Shown: piece by piece, positions 21,934 to 36,094 of the stretch
Layout: every line of letters begins with the position of its first letter
Numbering within the stretch: position 1 is the first letter of the stretch
Assembly (NCBI GenBank): GCA_964016885.1
Contig: OZ024740.1
Span: 256,370,001 to 256,434,000, forward strand
Length of the DNA stretch: 64,000 nt
Reading direction: 5' to 3'
From: Eledone cirrhosa
Lineage: Eukaryota
Translations under genes and position numbers: made by a program
Notes under the pieces: model-generated
The model's database searches: none
The model's input: only the letters and a program-made list of their open reading frames with translations
What the model was told of the DNA's origin: nothing

Positions 21934-24900
21934 TTTTTTTCAACGTTTTACCTCATTTTCAACCGTTCTTAACCTTTTAAAGTTTTTAAATTTGATAAAA
22001 GTTTAGAAGAAGTGCCCACCTAATACAGGGGTTCACTCGTAAATAATACGGCACCCCTTTACGGGGTGTCGTATTTGTGTAAAAATATTTAAAAAAAAAA
22101 AATGTTCAACATGGATAACACAAGAAAGAGAGAGAGCGCTGTCAGACAGCACACAGAGAGAGGGAGACTTTATCAGCATGTCAACAAGACAGCGTTTTCG
22201 CGGAGGTAAATATAAACGAAAATATTACAAAGGAAAAGAGGATAGTTGCAGATTTAAAATTACCAAATATTTCTAACACAAACAACACCAACAACAACAC
22301 CAACAACACCACCATCAATAACAACAGCAACAACAAAAATAACAGCGGTAAAGTCGAGAACAACAATAACAAAAATAACAGCGGTAAGGTCGAGAACGAC
22401 AATAAAAATGACAATAACAACAGCCACAACAACAATAATAGTAGGAACAGTATCAACAAAAACAACAATAATAACAACAGCCACAATAACAGTAACAACA
22501 GCAACAACCACAACAGTACCAACGAAAACATCAACAATGACATCGATACCTGTAACAGCGATCGCTGCACCACCAGCAAGACCAGTAGCAGCTTTAGCGG
22601 CAGCAATGGTGGTGCTGCTGAAAAAGGGACCACTTCTTTTGCAGGTGTCGCCCGAAATATCTAAACAGTGTTAGTCACAGAGGAAGAGATGGCAGTTGCA
22701 AGGGCTATGGCGACAAGAAGCGCCAATAGAGTCTCCCTGAAACCTCCACCCGATTTTTTCAAGGACCAGCAGCTACGGACGGTGACTTACTGCACCGTAA
22801 GCAAGATGTCACATCGGGTGGAGAGATCCACGGAGGCTCAAATCCGAAAGGCCTTGGGGTGCGTCTGGGCACGCAAAATCCACATCACCCGAGGCAGAAA
22901 GTACGCCGCAGTAGACGTACTTTTCGCCACCCACCAAGAAGCGAAGTCTCACTCCTTGGAAACCCTAAAGAGTGAGTAGATAATCTTTGTGCCCTCCTTC
23001 AGCGAGCAGAACATTGTGAGTCTGCCACAAAAAACAAAAAAGGAAAAACCCCTTAGCTTCACCCTCCAAAAGCGAAAGCACACAAACAGTGGTAAAGGCA
23101 GCAAGGAAACTTGCAGCAACACCAGCACCATCACCATCACCACCACAAGCACCACCGCCAACAACAACCACACCACCACCAGCATCACCAAAAACACCAA
23201 CAACGCAAACAAAACAAAACACACACACCAAAGAGCAATAAGAAGAAAACAGCAATAAAATCACCCCTCCCCCCAAAACATGGCAAAAACAGCCATAAAC
23301 ATGGCAAAAAAAAGAACTCATACAATATATAAAGCAGCACACAGACATCACAAAAAAAAAACTACTACACCCCACCAACTCTCCCGACAAACATAAGCAT
23401 CATTGAAATCTCAATAGAACAGTACACACTTTTAAAACAAAAATTCCCCAACGAAGTTGGAGACTTCAGAGCGTCGGTTACCAAGAGGATATACTCTGAT
23501 ATCCTCTTGGAAACATCCATGACCAGCCAAAGGGATGGTTCTACTGTCCCTTCACCACACGATCAAGGTAAGTGACTCTTTCTCACTTGCCCCGTTTCTC
23601 ATCCAACATGGGCGTACTCAGAATATGCACTATAAATGCACGTGGCCTGGGGTCATCTTGGAAGCGGGGTCACCTGCTCAACGACCTCAGTTCACTAAAT
23701 ATAGATATCGTGGCCATCAACGAGACCAGAATCTCCGAAGTACAAGCTTTCGCACCGATCTTCGGCGGCTACGATGTATACGCATCTCCCAGCCGTCCAG
23801 GATCGGGGGGAGGGGTTGCCGTCATTTTTCGGAGAGGCTTGGATCTCGCCATACGGGCCATCTTCCTAGACCCAGAAGGTAAATCGGCGGTGCTGGACGT
23901 GACCGGCAGCGAAGGCAATGCTTTCAGGCTAGTAGCCGTCTACGCCCCAACAGTGGCAGGGCGGCCAGATTTCTTCAGACGTCTAGAAAGCTTTCTTGGA
24001 ACGTCCCGCTCTTTAGTGTTAGTGGGCGACTGGAACGGTATCTTGGATGCACGCTGGGATTTTGTGGGGCTAGTGGATAGGGGAGGAGGGTGCAAGAGCC
24101 TTACCAACCTGCTCAGACGTTTTGAACTGTCTGACAGGTATCGACTGGATCACCCGAATGTGCCAATGTGGACATGGACAAACCGCATCGGGTCATCCAG
24201 ATAGTATCTCGATAGGGTTTTCTGCAGAGAACTAGATAAGGCAAGTATAAGTTGTCCACAATTTAAAATAGTCGACTACACACACCACAGATTTGTGATC
24301 TGTGAGATCGACATAGACAGACTTCATAGACAAGGGCCCGGTTACTGGAAGATGAACGTGTCTTTCCCGGCGCGCAAAGCCTACAGAGACCGGATTAGCG
24401 TATTAGTTAAGCGGGCGGTGACGGGAGAGGTCGTCAACAACAGGTGGTGGTTAGCCCTGAAAAGGGCAATTAAAGTAGAGTCGATTAGGTTTAGCAAAGG
24501 ACTAGTGATAGAGGTAAATAGAGTAGAGGGAGAGCTAGTCAGAAAGCTAGAAGAAGCGTTTAGGACAGGCATCGCCACCGACGTGCTTGCGGCGAGATTG
24601 GCACTCGACCAATTCTTCAACGTAAAACACGTAGACTGCGTTGTCAGAGCTAGAGCGCGTGCTCTGAAACACGAGGGGACAAAAGCCGTCCAATGGGCTC
24701 GGGTGGCAGAGGCGCGACGTGGCAACAAAGCAACAATTCGGTCTTTGTCTGAACAAAACGGGTGCGTGTTGCTCGAACCCGAGCAAATGTGTGAAGCTTT
24801 CAGCAGCACTTTGCTGAACTGTTCGGGAGCAGCGGCGGGCCGGAACGGGGCATGGACTTCAGTGCATACTTCGACGGACTGCCTCGGCTCTCGACGACCG

Positions 24901-27147
24901 CAGCACAGTGTTGCGAAAAGCCAATAACAGCCGCTGAAATACGGAAAGCGATGGCTAACTGTACGAGGGGTAAATCGCCAGGTTTGGATGGTCTGCCCTA
25001 CGAGCTTTATGTATTTATGACAAACTTGTTCGGTGACATCTTGGCAGACATCTACTGCAACTGGCAGCAGAACGGGAGCATTCTCAGTTTTGTGAGCCGG
25101 GGAGTGGTGGCGCTGCTGAGAATAGATCCGAACAAGGGGGATGTTATCGATAATTTCAGGCCATTAACCCTTCTAAACGCAGAGTACATGATTTTGGACA
25201 AGGTGTTAGCAACGAGGTTGGCGTTTGTCGTCAAGGGTCTGGTGGGAGAGGAGCAGACATGCGCCATTCCGGACAGATCCATACACGTCAACTTACACCT
25301 CATGCGATACATCATAGAGAGGGTGGTTAAGGTACCTGGCAAGGGTGGGGCCCTGATCAACTTGGATGAATTCAAATCGGTACCTGGCGGCGGTCCTCGA
25401 GGCAGCCGGTTTCGGGCCCGTTTTCAGGGTTTGGATCGCTGCAATGTACAGCCTCATCTGCTCAGTTGTGAGGGTGAACGGTCACCTGTCGCAGCCGTTC
25501 AGCATCTTGCGTTCGGTCCGCCAGGGTTGTCCCCTCTCGTCCCGCTTGTACGTTCTGGCTCTCGTGCCGTTACAGCACAAACTGGAGGCGATGAAGGGCG
25601 TCCCACGCGAACTAGGATGCGGGAAATCCGAGCCGGCTTACGCCGACGACGTGACCGTGGTGGTGTAGAACACCAGACTCGTCCACATGCTCGGCACCGC
25701 TCTCAAACAATACGAAGCAGTGACAGGAGCAGATGAACCAGGAAATGTCGGTAGGCTTGCAGCTCGCCCCCTGGAGAGACAAGTCCATACCGTCCGACAG
25801 CATCGTGGGGCGTTGGACGGACGGACCGGTTAAATTCCTCGGGGTCTGGTTCGGACGGGACCTCCAGATGGAGAAAAGCTGGAGTGAGGTGACGAGCAAG
25901 GTGGCCGTCATCTGCTACCACCCCACCGTCGTCATTGCCCCGGCCCAACTCCCACCAAAATGGAGCGCCTTCTCTTCCGCTTTTTGTGGAAGGGACGCGC
26001 TCCCATGTTCGGACGATCCATCTGCTGTCAACACCCGTTGCGTGGAGGACTGGGCATGCCATGGCTGATGATGCGCAAACATGCGCTGAGGCTGCGACAT
26101 CTCTGGTGCTTCCTTGACAGTGAACAGGTGTGGTCGCCGTTCGCCAGGCACCTTTTCCCACAGCTCGTCTCCTTGCAGTCCTGGGTCAGGAAAAGACCGA
26201 GAGATAGCGCTTGGAAACTGAAATGTCTGCAGGCGCTCACTGCTCTCTGCCAGCTGGGCACCAGTATCGGTGGAACATCCACCTCGGCGTTCTATAGAGG
26301 ACTAGTGGAGGGGAAGAACGACGACGTTCTCGGAGAGATCCTGGGCGTCGAAGAAGATCAGCTGTTTGCTCTCTTCCGGAGAACTTTCAGCCAAGGACTT
26401 ATGGATAACTTCCAGAAATCCCTGGCCTGGCAGTGCTACCGGGGACCGTTGCCGGTTCGAGATAAGCTCTACAGGAACGGAAGTGCCGTTAGTCGAGTCT
26501 GTCCGAGATGCGCGCAGAGCGACGAAACCGTCGTGCATGCACTCGTTCAGTGCCCGAACATTGCTGACTTGTCGAGCTATGTCGAACAGTTGCTGTCGCG
26601 TGTAGGACTGATCCGGTTATCGACTGAGTCCATTGTGCAGATGGTCTCGCCGTCTTCCTTCGAGGAGGAAGGGCAGACACTTTCCACTTCGGCGAATCCC
26701 TAATTAACTTTTTGAAGTTTCACTTGAAGAGGAAAATCAGGGTAGAGGGGCAAGTGCTGCTTTCTAACAATTTGTTGAAAGGTGGGTGAATGTAGCGAGA
26801 ATGGTCCGAGTGAACGGGACCACTCTGAATATACGTCTGTAATTTGAGAAATGGAAAAATTGAGACAGGGCGCTTGCCCTGGTGGTCAGGGTGGCCGTGG
26901 TCTTTTGTTTGGTTTTCGGCACGAGTAACCCTCGGAGGTTTCCCCCTATTGGGGAATTTTTCATTGTTTCCATTTTCAGTTTTATTGTTTATATATATAT
27001 ATGTTTCTGTCTTTTTTTTTTTTTCTTATATAAATAATAAAAATATTTACACGCACAAAACCCACATCGTACCGTTCTGTACCGTCTGTAATGTTTTTCT
27101 TGATGTCAGCCCTTGTGGCCAATAAAGAAATCATTATTATTATTATT
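21934..27147 (+). mobile_element. Tx1/L1 LINE copy 6, decayed, same subfamily as copy 3, internal ORF1 deletion
   Basis: 5' UTR and ORF1 start match 8733-9900; ORF2 GSEGNAFRL and LQMEKSWSE are shared with copy 3; tail 27133-27147. Confidence 0.93.
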
Positions 27148-30100
27148 GGTCTAAGCGGACGTACTTTTCTCGCTCAGAGTCAGTCGCTTTATTTGCCTGT
27201 TAAAATTATTTGTTTTTAAATATTTCTTGTTGTGTAAAGGATATAACCCCTTAGACTTTGCCCCGTGAAAGGGAAAGTATAATATTTGAACTTTATTTTT
27301 ACATGTTAAAAAATTTACGAAGAAAAATAAACATGGCCGAGCCCCCCCCCCCCCCCCCCCGCGATATATCGGCTGTCGTGCGACAACGACGTAGAAGTTG
27401 AGAGCAGCGCTACAGCGAAATTAACACGCATAGATAACACAAACACCACCACAAACAAGGTAAACAAAGACACCAATGATCCCAATAAGAACTCTAATTT
27501 TGAAATAAATGACAGTAACAGCGACAACGAAAATACAGATAACAAAAAAAAAAATAACAAATACAACAACAATATCAACACCACTAACATGAAAACAAAT
27601 ATCGACAACACCAACAGCAACAATACCAACTGCAACGAGAACAACGGTGGCAACAAAGACAACAATGATAACAGCGACAGCGCTAACAACAACACCAACA
27701 AGAACAACGACAACAACACCCCCAACGAAAACTAGAAGAACACTTTCGCTGTGGCAGCAGCAAAAAAGAGGCCATGCTTCAACATGGACCTCTCAAACAA
27801 AGATGAAAAGTTGGCCCAGGCATGGAAGCTCATCAAGCAAGAGCAAACTTGGGCCAACTTATCAGACCCAAGAATGTGAAGACAATCCCGGACCACATCG
27901 CCTTCAGAATGGGACGGTCATTCACATTATGACCGAAGGCAAAAGGCCGCAGTGTTTTGTTTGTGGGGAAAAACCCATTTGCGAGCCTTCTGCCCTCAAC
28001 TGCTGAAAGAGGCAAGGGGTCGAAAGGCTCCACTACTGCCGACTCCGGGGTGAGGACCGCAACCAACACCAACACCGGCAAAACCACCAACAACAACACC
28101 AATAGAAAGACCACCACCAACATTGACCACCCAGTGGGGAAACGAGGAAAGCTGTCAAATTCCCCCCCCCCCCAAATACACGTACCAATAAAACCATAAA
28201 CATACATACAGACACACTTACAGACACAGACCCCTCATCTACCAGTAGTGAAGATGAGGGAAAACCCAAATCCCCCAAAATACAAAAAAGTAAACACAAA
28301 AAGAAAAAAAAAACTCAACAAAGCACAAAAGCACCCACAATAAAAAACGCAGAAACCACCCACGCAAACATCTCTCCAATAACACCAACATCAACACCAC
28401 CATCACCATCACCAGAATCCCCCAAACGCAAACAACCGAAACAGAGGCAAGAACAAATATACACATAAACATCTGAAACCACAGACACCACACTCACAAC
28501 AAACACAGATACAACCGAAACAACACTACCCAAACCATCACCACTACAGCCACGCAAACAAATAAAATCACACCAACAAAACATAGAAAACGTCGCGCTC
28601 GTCAGGAGGGCCAACAAGGAACTGATGGCACTCGTAGCACGAAGTGAAAATATACAAAAAGAGGTGAAATTTTTAAATCGAGCACATTTCGCGTGCCGGA
28701 AGATTTGGTTCTGGTGCGAATGTCGCTCGACATATTCAAAGAAATACGAGACAGCTTTCCTCGGGACGTGGGAACCCCGAATCTAAAACCCACTTCAAAA
28801 CTTTTAAAGGGGTTCTCAAAAGAAACCCCACTAAATATGGAGGTCGAACAACCCGACCTTCACAAGAGCCCGGAAGGTAAGTAAACCTTCCTCTCTCTCT
28901 GTTTAACCTGCCAACATGGCCGTATTAAACAGCCTGCTCAACGACCTCAGATCTATAGAAATGGATGTAATTGCAGTCAGCGAGACCAGGATTTCTGACA
29001 CGCGCGCACTAGCACCCATTTTCGACGACTATCAGATCTTTGCAGCTGTTAGCCGGCCGGGAATGGGAAGCGGGGTGGCAGTGCTGTTTAGGAAAGGCCT
29101 GGATCTCGAGGTAAGGTCGATCTTATGGGACCCGGACGGGAAGTTGGTCGTCCTGGACGTGAACAATAATGAACCTCTCGCCCTTTACTGTTAGCGAGGG
29201 ACTGGAACGGCATCTTAGACGCACGCTGGGATTGTGTGGGAGTATCCGATAGGAACGGGGGATGCAAAAGCCTCAAGAACCTGATCAGCCAGTTCCAACT
29301 GTCTGACAGGTACCGACTAGATTTCCCTAATGCGCCAGTGTGGACCTGGGCTAACCGCATAGGGTCATCTAGATCGTATATCGACAGGATATTCATTAGG
29401 AAAATAGACAGAAATAGTGTAAGCTGTCCACGTTTTGAAACGGTCACCTATTCAGATCACCAGTTTGTGATCTGTATGGTCGACCTAGATAAGACGCGTA
29501 GGTTAGGACCTGGTTACTAGAAGCTAAACATGTCATTTCCGGCACGTAAGGCTTACAGGGACCAGGTCAACAATTTAGTTAAGAAAAAGTTGACAGGAGG
29601 AATCGTCAACAATAGATGGTGGGGGGCTCTCAAAAGAGAGATTAGAGTAATGTCGATAGAGATTAGCAAAGAAGTAGCATTAGAGAAAAATAGAAAGGAG
29701 GGTAGTTGGTAGATAAGTTAGACGAGGCTATTGGTAGTGGCATTGCAACTGACGTGCTAGCGGCGAGAATGGCATTAGACCATTTCTTCAATGCGAAAAC
29801 GAAGGTTGCATTGTCAGAGCTAAGGCGCGTGCTCTGAGAAACGAGGGAACCAAAGCTGTTCGATGGGCCCGCGTGGCAGAGGCGCAGCGTGGTAATAAAA
29901 CCACGATTCGGTCTTTGACGGACCGAGACGGGCACAAGCTGAGCGATTCCGAGAGGATGTGTGAGGCCTTTCGCCAACTTTTTGCTCGGTTGTTCGGGGG
30001 AAGTGGCGGGTCAGAGGTGGTGGCGGACTTCAGTCCTTACCTCGATGGCTTGCCGCAACTCTCGACGGCTGACGCTGGGCGCTGCGAAAGGCCAATTACT

Positions 30101-32460
30101 TCAGCCGAAATTAGGATGCCCTTGTCGGCTGCATTAGTGGCAAGTCAGCCGGTTTGGATGGTCTGCCCTACGAGCTTTACGTAAATATGCCAAACTTGTT
30201 CTCCAATCTCCTCGAAGCCCTCTACTACAACTGGCAGCAAAACGGGAGTATTCCCAGTTCTGTGACGTAGTGACGCTGATAAGGAAAGACGAGAACAAGA
30301 GGGACACATTAGACAATTTCAGGCCCATAACTCTGCTCAACACAGAGTTTAAGATTTTGGCAAGGTTGTTAGCGACGAGGTTGGCGCTTGTCGTGGGGGA
30401 TTTGGTTGGAGAGGCGCAAACTTGCGCAATCTCAACCAGGCTCATACACGACAACCTCCACCTAATCGATACATCATAGAGAGGTTAGGGTGTAAACCTG
30501 GCTTCGGTGGGGCTCTGATCAATTTAGATCAATCGAAAGCATTCGATAGGGTCGAACATCGGTAACTGGAGGCTGTCCTCAAGGCGGCTGGCTTCGGCCC
30601 CTCTTCAGAGGCTGGATCGCTGCAATGCACAGCGGCACCTGCTCGATGATCAAAATTAATGGCCACCTCTCGGAACCGTTTCAGGTCTCCCGATCGGTCC
30701 GTCAAGGGTGCCCTCTCTCCTCTCTTCTGTACGTATTGACTCTCGAGCCTTTACTGCGGAAGCTGGAGCTGTTGAAGGGCATCCCGCTCGAACCGAGACG
30801 CGGAAAGGCTGTGTCGGCTTATGCGGACGACATCACCGTGATGGTGTCGGATACCTCAGAAATCGAGGTGGTCGGCAACTTATTGGAGCAATATGAAAGG
30901 TTGACGGGAGCAAAACTTAACCCGGAAAAGTCAGTGGGCTTGCAACTCGGCACCTGGAGAGGCAAGTCCATGCCGTCCAGCAGCGTAGTTAGGCGCTGGA
31001 CGGACGGACCGGTAAAGTTGCTAGGGGTTTGGTTCGGGCCAGACCTCCAGTTGGATAAAAATTGGGACGAGGTGACGGGCAGGGTAGTCAGTCTCACCTA
31101 GAAATTGGCTGGGATGAAGCTATCACTGAAAGGTCGGGCGGAGGTGGCGAACGCGTACATCGCGTCCGTCATCTACTACCGTCTGACTGTCATCCCTTGC
31201 CCCCGTTCGTGCCTCGCCATCTTGGAGCGGCTCCTCTTCAAATTCTTGTGCAGGGGTCAGGTTCCGCTGGTGAGGCGGTCCATCTGCTGCTAGCACCCTC
31301 TACGTGGAGGGTTGGGCATGCCGTTTCTAATGGTGCGCAGGCACGCGCTGAGGCTGCGGCATCTCCAGATATTCTGCCTAAACGGTGAACAGGTGTGGTC
31401 GCCGTTTGTCAGACGGGCCTTTCCGCAGCTCGTTTCTTTGACTGAGTTGCAGTCCTGGGTCAAGAAGAGACCGATACTTGGTGACTGGCATCTGGAATGT
31501 TGCCAGGCACTCACTGCCCTCTACCAGGGGGGCAATGCGGTCAGTGGAACTTCCACTCTCGAGTTCTATAGAGGATTAGTGGTGGGCAAGCGCGACGACG
31601 CACTCGGAGAGGCTCTGGGAGTCAACGAAGTCGAACTAACCAGTCTGTACCGGAGGACTTTCGAGCCGGGGACGATGGATAATTTCCAAAAATCTCTCGC
31701 TTGGCAGTGTTACCGGGGGTCACTGCCGGTTCGAGATAAACTCTACAGGCACGGAAGTGCTGTCAGACGGACCTGCCCGAGATGCGCGCAGAGCGACGAA
31801 ACCGTTCTGCACGCACTCGTCCAGTGTCCGTGCATTACTGACTTGTGGAGTTATGTTGAACAGCTGTTGTCGCGTGTAGAACGGATCCGGCTAACGGCCG
31901 CGTCCATAATGAAGATCGACCCGCCGCCTTCTTTTGGCCAGGAAGGGCAGGCAATTTTCCTCTGTCTGGTGGCAGTAGCGAAAGAGGTTGTATGGTGGAC
32001 GAGGTTGAAAGGACTGAAGACAGTCTCTTTTCTCTTCGGCCAATCCCTCATCAACTTTTTCAAGTTTCACTTGGAAAGGAATATGAGGGTGGAGAGAGAA
32101 GTGCCCCCCCCCCCCAGTCCATTTGCAGAAAGGTGGGTGAATATGGCGAAAATGGCCCGTGTGAGTGGGCGTACTCTGGTCATGCGGCTGTAGGTAGGTA
32201 AATTTGAAGAGGAGAGGGGTGCCCTTCCAGGGTGCTCTCGAAGCGTCGGGTCTTTCAGGATTGGTGGGGTACCTGAGCGAACCCTGGGTGGTCATCCCCC
32301 CCCACCAATTGGGGAATATTTCTTGTTGGATTTTCTTCTTATTTTTTTTATTGTTATTCATATTGTTTACTCGATTTTTCTGTAAAACCCCACTGTCCAA
32401 GTCTTTTGTATTGTCCCCTATATGTCGGCCCTTGTGGCCAATAAATGAAATCATTATTAT
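27148..32460 (+). mobile_element. Tx1/L1 LINE copy 7, decayed, divergent subfamily
   Basis: ORF1 remnant (EGKRPQCFVCGEK), APE and RT fragments (VRQGCPLS, AYADD), C-terminal finger, AATAAA and a short ATT tail. Confidence 0.92.
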
Positions 32461-33030
32461 TTTTGTTCTTTGAGTCTCAGTCATTGATGTTATTTAACCG
32501 GAAAGTTTAATGAAATGAATATCAAGCCACTACCTGCAGCCTCAGACATTCAGGACATATCGGAGGGTTCTTGCTGTTCCCAGCAAGCATACCATTTGAA
32601 GTGTTCCAAAAAGCGGGACTGGACTAAACTTCTTTAACCATCCTTGGAAACTCTTTGAGATAGTACCTAGTGTGCCTATGACAATCGGGACGACCTTGAT
32701 TTCATGGCAGTTCAAAATCCTTTTTAACTCCCACTTTAAATCCTGGTATCGGTTAATCTTCTCCCTCTCCTTTTCTTGCACTCTCGTGTCAAATGGGCAA
32801 TCTACATCTACAATCAGGCACCATCTTTTTCCTTGTCCAAAACCACCAGGTCAGGCCTATTGTGTTCCAGTTTCTTGTCCGTCTGTATCCTAAAATCCCA
32901 CAGCACCTTCACCTGATCGTTTTCTATCACCGACTCTGGCTTATGCTCATACCACTTCTCAGAATGTGGTAAATTGTTTGCCTATCACATCATGTCTTTA
33001 TAGTGAGTCTGGGCTAGGGGTTTACACTCG
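32461..33030 (-). mobile_element. R4/Dong-clade LINE 3' fragment (restriction-like endonuclease)
   Basis: KINRYQDLKWEL..IKVVPIVIGTLG..LLGTARTLRYVL, homologous to the C-terminus of 36753-37427. Confidence 0.8.
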
Positions 33031-33039
33031 GATTAGCTT

Positions 33040-34295
33040 TTTAACCTGTTCCATGTCTGTGGATCTCTAAATTCAGTTTTCCTAAAGAACGTGCTATGAA
33101 GGGATTTTTAATGAAGGTTGCTCTTCCTCCTTGCTATTATTTCCTTCTTGGACATCCCCTGGTCTATTGTATTCTCCTTCAATTTTCTACGAAAATTAAG
33201 ATGGCGTACAACAATATTGCGTCTGCTAAACATAATGGCGGGCTGTCCATAGAGGGGAACACCCAACATTCTGAAAACAATAACAGCAGCAGCAGCAATA
33301 GCAAAAAGAGCAGTAGCAGCAGCAGCAGTGACCAAAGTTCATATAGTGAAAACAAAGTGGACTTTCCAGCTCTGCCAATGTTTACCACGCTGAATGCCAT
33401 CACACCTACCACAACGACCGTAGGCATGGTCAACACCACAGACAATAGCAACCCCACCACCACCACGCTACCACCACAACGGAAACAACGGAAACTAAAA
33501 ACGAAATGAAAACACACGGCAGCAACAACATAAATGATAACAAGACCACCATCACCATTACCACCACCACAACAACAACTGAAACAAAAAATAATAACAA
33601 GAACAACAACAGCAACAATGAGAATAACAACAACACCAACACCAGCGTAAAACCTAATATGTCTTTTGCGAAAGCGGTGAACAAGAACGAAACGATTGAG
33701 GTAAGCCAGGGACAACTTGGGCCAGGCGAATGGTGAAGAAAAATGGCTACAGGGTCAGCTTCACTCCTCCCTCAAACACTTTGGAACATCGGCGGCTATC
33801 TACGGTATCATATAATTAGCACAAAAACACGCCGAGCTGCCGCACGGTAATCGTTGGAGGTAGAAAGCCAAGGTGCATCGTTTCTGGCGATGGAACCCAC
33901 TTAAAGGCCTTCTGCCCCCAGGGGATGGCTAGAAAATTAAAGCAACCTCTCCTGCCTACCCCACTGTCTCAACCAGAAAAAAAACAACAGCAACAACTGT
34001 AACAGCCACGATAGCAAGATCACCACCAACAAAGCGCCAGAAGTAGCATTAGTCCCCACACTATCCCCCACGTCACAACCAACATTAACGCCTATGGAGG
34101 ATATTCCATTCCCCGACCTCTCACAACTGGAGATGGATTGCGACGAGGAGGAGGAGGGGGGGGGGGGCTGTATTTATCTTTTTTCATTTTTTTGTTACAT
34201 ATTTTTTTTTAATATGTATGTTTACACGCAGAATGCCTATTTGTACCTTCCTGTACCGTCCTGTACTGTCCTTAATATTATACTTTATGTCAACT
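33040..34295 (+). mobile_element. Tx1 remnant: copy-5-type ORF1 pieces joined to a Tx1 3' UTR, no ORF2
   Basis: SFAKAV, EHRRLSTVSY and EDIPFPDLSQLEMDCDEEE match copy 5 ORF1; 34210-34292 matches the 3' UTR (TTTACACGCAG...TACTTTATGTCA). Confidence 0.75.
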
Positions 34296-34755
34296 TTCTT
34301 GCTCGAGGTCTACCTCTGAGTCTCCGGCCGGTTGGTTTTGCCTGTAAAATCTGTCCAGCGGTTCTTTACTGAGACATTCTAACCATATGCCCATAGTATC
34401 GGAGCTGTGATCTCTCAATACGGAGAAGTAACGGCTCTATCAGGAGTGACTCTCTGGTCTCTGAACTATGCACCTTTTCGACTAAAGTTACTCCAAAGAC
34501 CCTTTCGAGGAACCTCATTTCGGCCGCTTGTATTTATAACCGTATTATTTCGGTCATTACTCCAGATACATGACACTAAGTAAGTGTTCTCAGGAATACC
34601 AGGAAGACAGCGAGTTTGGCTTTTAGACCTACATGCCTTCTGATTACCGAATGCTGAAGCTGGCGCATTACTGCATCAGCTTTTGCAATTCTTGCACTTA
34701 ATTCAGCCTCCTGCCTTCCATCACTCGTGAATACGGTCCTGAGATACTTGAACTA
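34296..34755 (-). mobile_element. RTE-clade LINE 3' fragment
   Basis: Minus strand reads YLRTVFTSDG..RIAKA..IQAAEMRFL..SQLRYYGHMVRM..GRPR, typical of the RTE C-terminus. Confidence 0.75.
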
Positions 34756-35004
34756 CTTTAACTGCTTCAGTAGAAATCCATTCACATGTATATGAATTTG
34801 AGCGATTTCTTTCCATCCGTTCGTCACACAATGTGTGTTTGTGTGAATGTATGTGTGTGTAAAAGGAAGGAATGGGATACACACATATATGTCTCTAACA
34901 TATAAATGGTGACACACACACACATATATATATATAACAAACACGTCACTAATTTAAGAACGCTGATAATCTCACACGCGCGCACATACACACACTGTCC
35001 TATT

Positions 35005-35630
35005 ACCACTTAAGAGCTTTGGCCCAAGCAAACATCCCCTCAATTTTAGAACCGTCTGGGTTGTCCAGAATTGATACGAAAAGGGCTGACGGTCTTACTC
35101 TGTGCCCCTGGTCAAGAGGCGGGTGCCTTATCTGGGACGTCACAGTTAGTGACTGCTTTGCTTTTTCCTTGATCCTAGATGCAGCGATAAGGGCAAGAGC
35201 TAGAGCATCTGCAGCCGAACGATATAAAATCCTAAAATACCAAGATCAATCGGCTAACTTCATTTTCCAGCCTGTTGCGTTCGAGACGAATGGGGACGTC
35301 GGCCACTGACTGCGAGGTTATCTTCACTGGTGGCTCGCCTAACCAAGGTAACTGGTGATGCTCATGAGAGCGCTTGGTTGTTCCAGCACTTCAGCCTCGC
35401 TTTTACCCGAAGTAACGCTGCAAGCTTGCTGGCTTGCCTAAAAAATTATTAGAGAGGTTTCCCAGTGCTCCTCGCGATATTGTTATCTTATAGCGGCTCG
35501 TTTGTTCACCCCTTTCGCTTGCCTTTTGTTGTACGTGGGCTTAGATGTGTGTTTTCTCTTTCTTTTTTCCTCTCCCTGTCCTTTGTATTATATTTGTTTT
35601 TGTTGATAAGAATAAGTAAATAAAAAGTTA
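35005..35630 (+). mobile_element. RLE-type (CRE-like) LINE 3' fragment
   Basis: EPSGL..RADGLTLCPWSRGGCLIWDVT..AERYKILKY..FQPVAFETNG restriction-like endonuclease signature; A-rich end ~35610-35627. Confidence 0.7.
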
Positions 35631-35869
35631 TACTTCATTTTACCCTCCTATTTCCAAATGTATCGAACGCTGTTATCATGACTGTATGTGTATGTGTGTG
35701 TTTGTGTAAATGTATGTATATGCACATACGCACACACACACATTCAAATACACATACACATACGCACACACATACATATACACGTACAGGTCAGCGCGTT
35801 GAAAAACATCCTAATCTCTTCATCGTTCTCTTTCACACACACACACTCTCTCTCTCTCTCTCTCTCTCG

Positions 35870-35945
<76 letters not shown>

Positions 35946-35946
<1 letters not shown>

Positions 35947-36042
35947 TGTTTCTACTCTTTTGGCACAAGGCCAGAAATAATCCAGTGTATTACTGGCACT
36001 TTATTTTATCGACCCCGTAAGGATGAAAGGCAAAGTTAACCT
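35946..36042 (-). mobile_element. SINE 3' half flanked by (AAT)n
   Basis: Reverse complement of the 8595-8690 region. Confidence 0.85.
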
Positions 36043-36091
<49 letters not shown>

Positions 36092-36094
<3 letters not shown>

